This document shows positions 1-8,721 of a stretch of 29,713 bases of DNA, piece by piece. Location: the IMG/VR virus record IMGVR_UViG_3300017717_000046, positions 1-29,713 of that record; one strand, written 5' to 3'. Position numbers and translations under genes: made by a program. The notes below the pieces were generated by a model. The model saw nothing but the letters and a program-made list of their open reading frames with translations, did not search any database and had not been told where the DNA came from. Position 1 is the stretch's first letter, and each line of letters opens with the position of its first letter. Source of the stretch: a virus (lineage: Duplodnaviria; Caudoviricetes).

Positions 1-324
1 AGATTGGCGCTTGGCTTGCAAAAGCGAGGCGTTGACTTCTCCTACGAAACGGAGAGGTTCAACTACACCGTAGTTCACCACTACACACCCGACTTCATCC
101 TCGCTAATGGGGTGTTGGTTGAAGTTAAGGGTTATTTCACTTCAGCAGACCGGACAAAGCACCTGAAAGTCCGTGAATGCAATCCAACCCTAGATATACG
201 TTTTTGTTTCCAGAACGCTAAAAACAAGCTCAACAAAAAAAGCAAGACGAGCTACAGCGACTGGTGCGAAAAGCATGGGTTTCAATGGTGCGAAAAAGTA
301 ATACCAGAAGAATGGGTTTCATAA
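1..324 (+). CDS. Endonuclease I / Holliday junction resolvase (T7 gp3-like), 5'-truncated by window edge
   Basis: YTPDF...VEVKG..F...DR.KHL and terminal IPEEW motifs of the T7 endonuclease I family. Frame is open from base 1; gene lies directly upstream of the primase-helicase. Confidence 0.93.
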   Translation, partial: RLALGLQKRGVDFSYETERFNYTVVHHYTPDFILANGVLVEVKGYFTSADRTKHLKVRECNPTLDIRFCFQNAKNKLNKKSKTSYSDWCEKHGFQWCEKVIPEEWVS

Positions 325-1937
325 ACACACACCTACCGTGCGAAGAGTGCGGTAGCAGCGACGGCCTAGCCGTCAACGAAGACGAAAGCTCTAAATGCTT
401 TGTCTGCGGCACGTTCACACCGGGTCGTAACAACCAACACAACAAAGAACAGAACACACAAATGCAACCAGCAGAACAACATAGAGACACACCGCAATTT
501 ATTCAAGGAGACGTCATGGCGCTTCCCAACCGAGGGCTACACAAAGACGTTTGCCAACGGTATGATTATCGTATAGGCGAGCACAACGGTAAGCCGTGTC
601 ACGTAGCCACATATCGCAACCCTGAGAGGACAATCGTAAGTCAAAAGGTTCGCTTCGAGGGTAAGGACTTTACCTCCATTGGTAGCCCTGCCTATTTCTG
701 GGGCCAGCACCTTTGGCCCAACGGGGGCAAACGCCTTACCATTACAGAGGGAGAGATTGATTGCCTTACAGTAGCTCAGGTAGTAGGCGAGGGTAAGTGG
801 CCAGTGGTCAGTCTACCCAGCGGGGCTCAAGGAGCCAAGCGCGTCTTTCAAAAGCAGATGAAGTGGTTGGAAAAGTTCGATGAGGTCATCCTCATGTTCG
901 ACAACGACGAACCGGGTAACGCTGCTGCTGAAGCTTGTAGCCATGTCTTACCTGCTGGGACTTGTAAGATTGCTCGCCTCACCATGAAAGACCCTAACGA
1001 GTTACTCATGGAAGGACGCAGTCGGGAGATTGTTGATGCCTACTGGCAAGCTAAGGTATGGCGACCCGACACTATCATGGACGGGACTGAACTATTCGAG
1101 CGTCTCACCACCACCAAGGTCAACGATAGCGTCCCGTATCCGTGGGAAGGACTCAACGACAAAACACATGGTCTTCGTCTAGGAGAAATTGTGACGTTAT
1201 GTGCTGGCTCCGGTATCGGTAAAAGCGCTGTAGCAAAAGAGCTAGCGCACCACTTACTTAAGAACACTGACAAAAAGATTGGATACATCGCGCTTGAAGA
1301 ATCCATCGAACGCACGGCAAACTCCATCATCGGGCTTGAGATGAACAAGCTTCTACACCTTGAGCCCATCAAGGTGGACGATAACTACACAAACGCCTTT
1401 GAAGCCACTGTGGGTAGTGGACGTGTTTACTTCTACGACCATTGGGGTAGCCTCGACTCGGACAACCTACTAAGTCATATCCGATACATGGCTAAAGCTC
1501 TGGGTGTTCGTTACCTGATTCTTGACCATTTGAGTATAATCGTTTCAGGTCTCGACGGCGGAGACGAGAGGCGGCTCATCGACAACACGATGACCAAGCT
1601 GCGCGGTCTTGTCGAAGAGTGCGGTATTGGTCTTGTCCTTGTTAGTCACCTCAAGCGCCCTGAAGGTCGAGGGCATGAGAACGGAGCGGAGACCACCTTG
1701 GCTCAACTTCGCGGAAGTGCTGCCATTGCTCAACTAAGCGACATGGTTTTAGGACTGGAAAGAGACCAGCAGGACGCCGATGCTCGTAACATAACCAACG
1801 TGCGTGTTCTCAAGAACCGATTTAGTGGTAACACTGGTCTTGCTTCTACGCTTCGCTACAGTCACATTACAGGACGATTGTTAGAAGAAGAAATAGCAAG
1901 CGACCCGGTTGAAAACGAACAGACACCGTTCAGTTAA
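312..1937 (+). CDS. DNA primase-helicase (T7 gp4-like)
   Basis: N-terminal Zn finger CEEC..CFVC, TOPRIM TEGEID and FDND, Walker A AGSGIGKS, ILDHL, LRGS..IAQLSD, KNRFSG. Start taken at ATG 312 (MGFINTH) rather than the track's 264. Confidence 0.96.
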   Translation: MGFINTHLPCEECGSSDGLAVNEDESSKCFVCGTFTPGRNNQHNKEQNTQMQPAEQHRDTPQFIQGDVMALPNRGLHKDVCQRYDYRIGEHNGKPCHVATYRNPERTIVSQKVRFEGKDFTSIGSPAYFWGQHLWPNGGKRLTITEGEIDCLTVAQVVGEGKWPVVSLPSGAQGAKRVFQKQMKWLEKFDEVILMFDNDEPGNAAAEACSHVLPAGTCKIARLTMKDPNELLMEGRSREIVDAYWQAKVWRPDTIMDGTELFERLTTTKVNDSVPYPWEGLNDKTHGLRLGEIVTLCAGSGIGKSAVAKELAHHLLKNTDKKIGYIALEESIERTANSIIGLEMNKLLHLEPIKVDDNYTNAFEATVGSGRVYFYDHWGSLDSDNLLSHIRYMAKALGVRYLILDHLSIIVSGLDGGDERRLIDNTMTKLRGLVEECGIGLVLVSHLKRPEGRGHENGAETTLAQLRGSAAIAQLSDMVLGLERDQQDADARNITNVRVLKNRFSGNTGLASTLRYSHITGRLLEEEIASDPVENEQTPFS

Positions 1938-1940
1938 TTT

Positions 1941-2303
1941 ATGGAATACAACAGCAACTTTAAGTATGACCTCAAAGTCGGACAAGTGGCAGAGCAAGCT
2001 CTCGCTGACATCCTCGAAAACAAAACCATCGAAGTTAAACGTGACCTCAAAGCAAAGACTACTGGCAATGTATTTGTCGAGTTTGAATCAAGGGGCAAGC
2101 CGTCTGGTATTGCCAAATCAGAAGCTGACTTTTGGTGCTTCGTGTTGGAGGACCGTTACGTCATTCTTGCGGCTGAAGAACTTAAAAAGCTTGTTGAACC
2201 ACTCAAAGGAACAAAAAGAGAAAAGCGCGGGGGCGACAACAACACCTCCAAAGGCGTCTTACTAAAAACACACGAACTAATAACCAACACGAACACACCA
2301 TGA
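1941..2303 (+). CDS. Hypothetical protein, PD-(D/E)XK nuclease-like
   Basis: G..AE...IEVK.D....TGNVFVE pattern resembling a restriction-endonuclease fold. ATGA overlap with the polymerase gene. Confidence 0.6.
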   Translation: MEYNSNFKYDLKVGQVAEQALADILENKTIEVKRDLKAKTTGNVFVEFESRGKPSGIAKSEADFWCFVLEDRYVILAAEELKKLVEPLKGTKREKRGGDNNTSKGVLLKTHELITNTNTP

Positions 2304-4153
2304 AGAAAATAGTATTAGACATAGAAACGAACGCGATTGAAGATTGGGAGAACCTGTCAGACTTAAAGACCATCCATTGCATCAGCATGATGGACTTAGA
2401 GACTGGCCAGATGCACTCCTACAACAGCCAGACACCGGGAGAGATTGCAAACGCCATGAGTATAATTGGCGCTTCTGAAATCGTCATCGGCCACAACTCC
2501 ATCGGGTTTGATTGGCCAGCGCTGTTAAAGATGGACGTGGGCGGTGAGCTTTCTCTGGACCCCCCTTTTGTAATCGACACAAAGATTATGGCTAAGTGTG
2601 TCTACCCGGACCTAAAGAACTACGACTTCAGAGAGAAGAGCGTTGAGATTAGATACGCAGGTAGCCACTCGCTAAAGTGTTGGGGTATGAGGTTGGGTAT
2701 CCACAAGGACAGCCACGGCGAGACCGAGGACTGGACTACGTGGTCACAGGAGATGCAGGACTACTGCGAGCAAGACGTAAGGGTGACTGCTAAGCTTTAC
2801 GAACACTTAAAAAAGCTCGCGCCAAGCAAGGATGCTCTTTTGCTTGAGCACCAGTTCGCTCAGGAGATTCACAAGCAAGTAAGCAACGGCTTTCCGTTTG
2901 ATGAAGAGAAAGCCAAAGAACTTACAGCGAAGTTAATGACTAGACGTGTGGAGCTGAGCGACGAGCTTCAAGAGCTTTTTGAGCCCACAGTAAAGGAGAC
3001 CAAGTCACCTATTGGTTGGTCTGTTTCTGTGGACGATAAAACCTACACAGCTACCACCAAAACAAAGCTCAAGACGGTGCTAAAAGAAGCAGGTCTTAAG
3101 CAGTCTCTAGTCAACGAAGCCAACAAGCTAGCCAACAAGACAAAGACCATTCCTTTCAACCCCGGTTCACGCGACCAAATCGCAGCGCGTCTCATAGAGC
3201 AGGGGTGGAAGCCAGCCGCCTACGAAGGTAAGCGCCCAGCAATCAACGAAGCGGTTCTCAAGGACATCGGGACGCCAGCAGCTCTCAAGCTACTGGAATA
3301 CCTTCTAGTTCAGAAAAGACTAGGAGCGCTTGCTGAAGGTAAAAACGCTTGGATGACCATGGTGCGTGACGGTCGCATCCACGGCAACGTAGATACTCTA
3401 GGAGCTTACTCCGGTCGCTGTTCTCACTACAAGCCTAACTTGGGACAGATACCCGCCACCCGAGCCCCCTACGGAGGCGAGTGCCGTGAGTTGTTCAAGG
3501 CTCCAGACAACAAGGTTCTAGTTGGAGCGGACGCTTCGGGAATTGAGTTGCGAGTATTAGCCCACTACTTATCTAATTGGGATGAAGGAAGCTACGCCAA
3601 GACGATTGTCGAGGGTGACATTCACACCGCGAACCAAGAAGCTGCGGGTTTGTCTAATCGCGACGAAGCGAAAAAATTCATATACATGTGGTTATACGGC
3701 GCTGGTGACGCAGCTATCGGTGCGATTGTAGATGGCGGAGAACGCGAAGGTAGAACTCTGAAAGAACAGTTCCTCGCCAAGATTCCCGCTGTTGCCTCTC
3801 TGATGAAAGCCATCGAGCAGTCAGTGAAACGCAGCGCTACCATCAAGGGTCTTGACGGTCGAGTCATCCCAGCACGTAAGGCATTCTCCGCGTTGAACCT
3901 AGTATGTCAATCAGCAGCAGCCGTCATCATGAAGAAGGCGTTGGTGTTGTTTGCTGAGAGTGCCAACGACGATGACTACGAGATGCACGGTAACGTCCAC
4001 GATGAGGTTCAGTTCTCTTGTGACCCTGACAAAGCCGACGAGCTTGGTCAGTTGTTTGTGGACAGTATCAAGAAAGCTGGCGTGGTGTTGAACGTCCAAT
4101 GCCCCCTTGACGGGGAATACAAGGTAGGCGCTAACTGGAAGGAGACTCACTAA
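2300..4153 (+). CDS. DNA polymerase family A with 3'-5' exonuclease (T7 gp5-like)
   Basis: ExoI DIET, ExoII GHN..GFD, ExoIII YCEQDV. Motif A GADASGIELR, motif B RDEAKKFIY..LYG, motif C VHDEVQ, terminal NWKETH. Confidence 0.97.
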   Translation: MKKIVLDIETNAIEDWENLSDLKTIHCISMMDLETGQMHSYNSQTPGEIANAMSIIGASEIVIGHNSIGFDWPALLKMDVGGELSLDPPFVIDTKIMAKCVYPDLKNYDFREKSVEIRYAGSHSLKCWGMRLGIHKDSHGETEDWTTWSQEMQDYCEQDVRVTAKLYEHLKKLAPSKDALLLEHQFAQEIHKQVSNGFPFDEEKAKELTAKLMTRRVELSDELQELFEPTVKETKSPIGWSVSVDDKTYTATTKTKLKTVLKEAGLKQSLVNEANKLANKTKTIPFNPGSRDQIAARLIEQGWKPAAYEGKRPAINEAVLKDIGTPAALKLLEYLLVQKRLGALAEGKNAWMTMVRDGRIHGNVDTLGAYSGRCSHYKPNLGQIPATRAPYGGECRELFKAPDNKVLVGADASGIELRVLAHYLSNWDEGSYAKTIVEGDIHTANQEAAGLSNRDEAKKFIYMWLYGAGDAAIGAIVDGGEREGRTLKEQFLAKIPAVASLMKAIEQSVKRSATIKGLDGRVIPARKAFSALNLVCQSAAAVIMKKALVLFAESANDDDYEMHGNVHDEVQFSCDPDKADELGQLFVDSIKKAGVVLNVQCPLDGEYKVGANWKETH

Positions 4154-4154
4154 C

Positions 4155-4886
4155 ATGAAGAAAATACTACTAGACGCCGACATGTTGGCCTACCGCGCAG
4201 CTTTCGCTAGCGAGGTTGAGACCAAATGGGACGAGGACACTTGGACTCTAACCTGTAAGGAGAGCGACATGAAGCGGGAGGTTAAGGCATTCATGTCGAA
4301 CCTAGCGGAGACGATGCAATCGAAAGACATCGTCCCGGTATTCTCTACGTCCACCAACTACCGCTATGGCATATGGCCTGACTACAAAGCCAACAGGAAA
4401 GACAAGCGTAAGCCTGTCGGACTCAAGTGGCTTATCGGATGGATTACTGAAACCTACAAGGGTATCTCTGAGCCAAACATAGAGGCTGACGATTTGATTG
4501 GTATACTGGCGACAAGAGACCCCAAGAACACCATAGCGGTATCAGGTGACAAGGACTTTGAGACCTTGCCCATCACTTGGTATAACCCGCTCAAGGACGA
4601 GACTAAAACAACCTCCCCGGAAGCAGCGCGTAGGTTCCATTTAATCCAAGCGCTAGCTGGAGACCCCGCTGACGGATACAAAGGAGCTAAAGGTGTTGGT
4701 ATTATTGGAGCTAAAAAACTACTCGACAAGGACGGTTATAAATGGGATACCGTGGTAGCAGCTTACGAGAAGGCTGGGCAGACCGAGGAGGATGCTTTGC
4801 TTAACGCGAGACTGGCCTACATCCTCCACGACAAAGACTTCAACGCAAAAACGAAAGAGATAACACTATGGACGCCAGCGAAGTGA
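4155..4886 (+). CDS. 5'-3' exonuclease (T7 gp6-like)
   Basis: LLDAD, YKANR, EADD, SGDKD and GD.ADGY.G..GVG (H3TH) motifs. Confidence 0.94.
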   Translation: MKKILLDADMLAYRAAFASEVETKWDEDTWTLTCKESDMKREVKAFMSNLAETMQSKDIVPVFSTSTNYRYGIWPDYKANRKDKRKPVGLKWLIGWITETYKGISEPNIEADDLIGILATRDPKNTIAVSGDKDFETLPITWYNPLKDETKTTSPEAARRFHLIQALAGDPADGYKGAKGVGIIGAKKLLDKDGYKWDTVVAAYEKAGQTEEDALLNARLAYILHDKDFNAKTKEITLWTPAK

Positions 4887-5200
4887 ACGACCCTAAAGGA
4901 GCCGCAGGTGCTTTGAAGACACCCATGCACCTGCTTCCCTCATCGGCTCTTGAAGAGACCGCATGGGCGCACAAGCTTGGAGCTGAAAAGTATGGTCCTT
5001 ACAACTGGAGGGACACAGGAGTTTGCGCTACAACCTACGTTGCTGCCATCATGAGACATCTAAACAAGTGGAGAGACGGAGAAGACCTAGACGATGAGTC
5101 TGGTCGCAGTCATTTAGCACATGTTATTTGCTCAGCAAACATCCTTTTGGACGCCGCTCATTGCGGAACTCTACAAGACGACAGGCACAAACAACCGTAA
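4868..5200 (+). CDS. DUF5664-like (dATP/dGTP diphosphohydrolase N-terminal-like) protein
   Basis: K....LLP, GAEKYG..NWR, RHL..W..GED.D.ESG..HLAH pattern characteristic of this phage family. Confidence 0.8.
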   Translation: MDASEVNDPKGAAGALKTPMHLLPSSALEETAWAHKLGAEKYGPYNWRDTGVCATTYVAAIMRHLNKWRDGEDLDDESGRSHLAHVICSANILLDAAHCGTLQDDRHKQP

Positions 5201-5212
5201 GGCTAGGTATAT

Positions 5213-5416
5213 ATGAAACAGGAAAACCAAATTCCACCAATCAACAGCGAATTACTCAAAGCCTTAAAAGCTCAGTTCCCTATGCGAGACCTTGGTCTTG
5301 ACTACAACTTAAGAGATATGGACTATCATGCAGGGCAGCGCTCAGTAATTCATTTTCTTACTTTCAAGCATAAAGAACAACGAGAAAACTCGCTAACATC
5401 CATCCCAGATAACTAA
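5213..5416 (+). CDS. Small conserved phage protein (T7 gp6.5 position)
   Basis: 67 aa ORF with AGQRSVI.FL motif, located between exonuclease and virion genes. Confidence 0.65.
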   Translation: MKQENQIPPINSELLKALKAQFPMRDLGLDYNLRDMDYHAGQRSVIHFLTFKHKEQRENSLTSIPDN

Positions 5417-5434
5417 CATAAACTCCTATAAGCC

Positions 5435-5644
5435 ATGTGCATCGGTCAACGAACTCCCACCCCCCCTCCTCCGCCTCCTTCTCCCACGCCTCCACCAAGG
5501 CCCATGCAGAAAGTCAAAAAAGTAGAATCGACTGCGCGTAAAACCCGCAAAGAGAATCAACGTCGCGGAGGACAACGCTCTCTTCTTATCAACAGGACGG
5601 CTCCTAAAACAGGCTCAGCTGGAAGCGGAGCATCACCTTATTAA
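5435..5644 (+). CDS. Small Pro-rich/basic virion protein (gp6.7/gp7.3-like)
   Basis: Met-Cys start, poly-Pro tract, basic middle, SL.I motif then Gly/Ser tail; lies upstream of portal. Confidence 0.65.
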   Translation: MCIGQRTPTPPPPPPSPTPPPRPMQKVKKVESTARKTRKENQRRGGQRSLLINRTAPKTGSAGSGASPY

Positions 5645-5649
5645 ACACT

Positions 5650-5958
5650 ATGAGTTATTACGGAAAAACAATCACAAACCCCGCACAGGGGACAAACACT
5701 GAAGTTGACTGGAACGGTTCTACAGGAATGTTTGCTGTTGCAGGAAGTAACTTCCAAAGTCGGACAGTTAAACTACAACATAAAATCGGTGACACTTGGG
5801 TTGACATCGGTTCTGACGCTTCTTTTACAGCCAACGGAGCTGTTCTATTTACCACCTCTGCTTCTAAAGTTCGCGTGAGCGTCGACGCGGTAAGCGAGGG
5901 AGCAGACCTTGTTGTCGTTATTGAAGTAAAACCCGTTGTCGAAAACAAAGCTTACTAA
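5650..5958 (+). CDS. Hypothetical protein, predicted all-beta
   Basis: 102 aa ORF tightly packed in the operon; Thr/Val/Gly-rich alternating pattern. Confidence 0.65.
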   Translation: MSYYGKTITNPAQGTNTEVDWNGSTGMFAVAGSNFQSRTVKLQHKIGDTWVDIGSDASFTANGAVLFTTSASKVRVSVDAVSEGADLVVVIEVKPVVENKAY

Positions 5959-5960
5959 CC

Positions 5961-6848
5961 ATGTTTCAGTTCCCGAAGGGTTCCCTTACCGCTCCGCTTA
6001 CAACTGCTGTTGCTAGACCTATAGAATCTAGTCTTACAGGAAGCAGCAGCGGGGACCCCGACGCGAATGCTTACATAGCTCTACTTGAAGGTGATGGCGT
6101 GAGCGTTTCGGACGCGCAGAAAATAGCGATTGATACGTTCTATGTCACTGGTAAGAGTGATGGGTGGTATACTAGTCTGAAGCGTTTCTATCTACCCATT
6201 TGGGGAGCAGCAGCGCCAAACGCTCGATGCCTTGTTAGCAGCACAAGCGGAACCTTCCAAGGGTCATTCACGCATACCACTGGATATGCCCACCCTACCG
6301 CCGCCTCTTCAGCTAACCGATTCAACACTGGATACAAGTTGCTCGACGACCTAACGATTGAAGACGGATGCCTGATGGCTCTTGCGTATGATGATACAGC
6401 ACCGACGACCGGAGGAATAAACGCCGCAAATAAGACGATAATAGGGTCAGGTTCAATCACTTCCACGAGTATACGAATCAACACTGGAAATAGTTCTACC
6501 AAGCCCAAGGCCGTGTGGTTAGGAGTAAACGAAGAAACTCTTCCTATAAACAGTTCACACGGAGTAATGCTCTCTAACCGCAAGGGGGGAGATACAAGTT
6601 TAAGCAGACGAGACGGCTCAGTCTTTCACGATGACTCAACTACAGGAGCTTTAACAGGAACCTATAATAACAACTTCCCCATTATCGCGTTCGGTTCTTC
6701 ATCTTCAAGTGCAGGCGCGGGAGGTCAAGCGACCAATTCTAAAGGAGGCGCGTTTGGAATTAGTGAGGGACTAGATGCAACTGACCGCGCAGCCTACACT
6801 CTTGCTATTAAGAACCTCTGGGAGACATGCTCAGGACTGACATTATGA
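5961..6848 (+). CDS. Hypothetical Ser/Thr/Gly-rich protein, possibly virion-associated
   Basis: 295 aa. DPDA.AYI...QK.AID....K.DG helical segment followed by a beta-rich region; translationally coupled to the next gene. Confidence 0.6.
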   Translation: MFQFPKGSLTAPLTTAVARPIESSLTGSSSGDPDANAYIALLEGDGVSVSDAQKIAIDTFYVTGKSDGWYTSLKRFYLPIWGAAAPNARCLVSSTSGTFQGSFTHTTGYAHPTAASSANRFNTGYKLLDDLTIEDGCLMALAYDDTAPTTGGINAANKTIIGSGSITSTSIRINTGNSSTKPKAVWLGVNEETLPINSSHGVMLSNRKGGDTSLSRRDGSVFHDDSTTGALTGTYNNNFPIIAFGSSSSSAGAGGQATNSKGGAFGISEGLDATDRAAYTLAIKNLWETCSGLTL

Positions 6849-7150
6849 TTGGATTTATAACAACCCCCGAAATAGCCACCACCGTCATCGACGGGATTCG
6901 CGATGCTCAATTAGGTCGTGGTCAGCACTATTACTGGACGACAGGAGCGGAACCAATCTACAGCGGAGCAAGTGTTGGTGAGATGTTTATTCCCGCTGGC
7001 GACGAGGTTCTCGACACCCCGCTCCGCAACGGTATGACTCCACGCAACTTCCCTGAGTTCGACCAACTGGTGACCCTTCTTGGAGGACTAGACTCTAGGG
7101 TGGAAATCGACCCTGACGATTTGATTAACCCAGACATTCCTATTGAATGA
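6845..7150 (+). CDS. Hypothetical acidic protein
   Basis: ATG at 6845 overlaps the upstream TGA (ATGA), and its own TGA overlaps the portal ATG; 101 aa. Confidence 0.65.
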   Translation: MIGFITTPEIATTVIDGIRDAQLGRGQHYYWTTGAEPIYSGASVGEMFIPAGDEVLDTPLRNGMTPRNFPEFDQLVTLLGGLDSRVEIDPDDLINPDIPIE

Positions 7151-8706
7151 ACACTTCCGCAGAATCACGCTATAACGCTCTAGAGAGCGAACGCCAGCCC
7201 TTCATCGACAGGGCAAGAGAAGCATCTAAACTAACTTTACCGTATGTGATGCCCGAAGACGGGCACAATTCACACTCACGGCTATATACACCATTTCAGG
7301 GCATTGGAGCAAGAGGAGTCAACAACTTAGCATCTAAACTACTACTAGCCTTACTGGCTCCCAATGCCCCGTTTTTCCGCCTCAACTTCGACGAGCCTAA
7401 GCTTCGTGCGGAGGGGGCTACTCAAGCAATCATCACAGAGATGGAGGCAGCGCTACAAAGCGTAGAGGACTCCGTGATGGAAGAAATCAGCCGTCAATCC
7501 TACAGGGTTGGCGTCCATGAGGCTCTTAAGAACCTTATCATCACAGGCAACTCGCTCTTGTATATCCCACCAGAGGGAGGACTAAGGGTATTCCACTTGG
7601 ACCGTTATGTAATCAGCCGGGACCCTATGGGCAACCCGCTGAAAATCATCACTCGGGAAACCCTAAACTACAATACCCTCTCCGACGAACTCAAGGCAGC
7701 AGCAGGTTACCTCGAAGGAGAAACCACAGGCAAGAACTGTGATTTGTTTACTTGTGTGGAGTTGGTCGATGATAAGTGGTATATCCACCAAGAAATTAAA
7801 GGTAACGTCATTGAGAGTTCTATGGGTTCTTTCCCCAAGGACAAACTACCCTACATTCCCCTTCGTTTCTCTAAGATTGATGGGGAGGATTATGGCAGGG
7901 GATATGTAGAAGAATACCTTGGAGACCTCATCAGCCTAGAGACACTTACTCAAGCTATCGTAGAGGGCTCCGCCGCCGCCGCCAAGGTTCTGTTCTTGGT
8001 CAACCCTAACGGCACGACGAGAGCTAAAACTCTAGCTGAGAGCCCTAACGGTGCAATCACGCAGGGCAACGCTCAAGACGTCTCCGTCCTTCAACTAGAC
8101 AAGTTCAACGACTTTAGAATCGCTTCTGACACCGCTAACACAATCAAAGAGCGCTTAGGACAAGCCTTCCTTCTTACGTCAGGTGTTGTCCGCAATGCAG
8201 AGCGGGTAACAGCCGAGGAAATTCGGATGCTCACTCTGGAGCTTGAGTCGTCTTTAGGAGGTCTCTACTCTTTGTTAAGCAACGAGCTACAGCTTCCTAT
8301 GGTCAACCGGGTCATGGACCTAATGACTACCGACAGTCGTCTTCCTAAGCTTCCTAAAGACTTGGTCAAGCCTGTAATCATCACGGGTGTTGAGGCTCTT
8401 GGACGAGGAAACGACCTTCAAAAGTTGGATATGTTCTTAGCTGGTGCTGCACAAGTAGTGGGGCCGCAAGCTATCGGACAGTTCGTTAAGGTTGATGAAT
8501 ACTTTAAGCGTAGAGCTACCAGTTTAGGCATCAAGACTGCTGGGTTGATTAAGACTCAGGAAGAGATGCAACAAGAAATGCAACAATCTCAAATGATGGA
8601 GATGGCCTCTAAAGTCGCTCCACAAGGAGCCGCCGCTCTGGGCAACATGGCCCGAGACGCAGCAGCAGCTCCACCGGAAGCTCCCCCGGAAGAATCACAA
8701 CAATAA
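7147..8706 (+). CDS. Portal / head-tail connector (T7 gp8-like)
   Basis: GARGVNNLASKL, GEDYGRGYVEEY.GD, RNAERVTAEEIR, LGG.YS.L, TG.EALGR motifs. Confidence 0.97.
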   Translation: MNTSAESRYNALESERQPFIDRAREASKLTLPYVMPEDGHNSHSRLYTPFQGIGARGVNNLASKLLLALLAPNAPFFRLNFDEPKLRAEGATQAIITEMEAALQSVEDSVMEEISRQSYRVGVHEALKNLIITGNSLLYIPPEGGLRVFHLDRYVISRDPMGNPLKIITRETLNYNTLSDELKAAAGYLEGETTGKNCDLFTCVELVDDKWYIHQEIKGNVIESSMGSFPKDKLPYIPLRFSKIDGEDYGRGYVEEYLGDLISLETLTQAIVEGSAAAAKVLFLVNPNGTTRAKTLAESPNGAITQGNAQDVSVLQLDKFNDFRIASDTANTIKERLGQAFLLTSGVVRNAERVTAEEIRMLTLELESSLGGLYSLLSNELQLPMVNRVMDLMTTDSRLPKLPKDLVKPVIITGVEALGRGNDLQKLDMFLAGAAQVVGPQAIGQFVKVDEYFKRRATSLGIKTAGLIKTQEEMQQEMQQSQMMEMASKVAPQGAAALGNMARDAAAAPPEAPPEESQQ

Positions 8707-8721
8707 CAACAACCGTAAGCC

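Noticed and set aside
1909-2265. 118-aa + strand ORF overlapping 1941-2303, and similar shifted-frame ORFs (8912, 11531, 13199, 13787, 23938, 24796, 25468, 27144, 27492)
   Set aside because: Ser/Leu/Thr-rich out-of-frame shadows of real genes with no motifs.
4868-5200. 2-aminoadenine (Z) genome system
   Set aside because: Only a DUF5664-like gene is present, with no purZ, datZ or mazZ in the window; restriction-site avoidance suggests unmodified DNA.
5450-5500. C-rich repetitive tract as a DNA repeat element
   Set aside because: Explained by poly-proline codons of the 5435-5644 gene.
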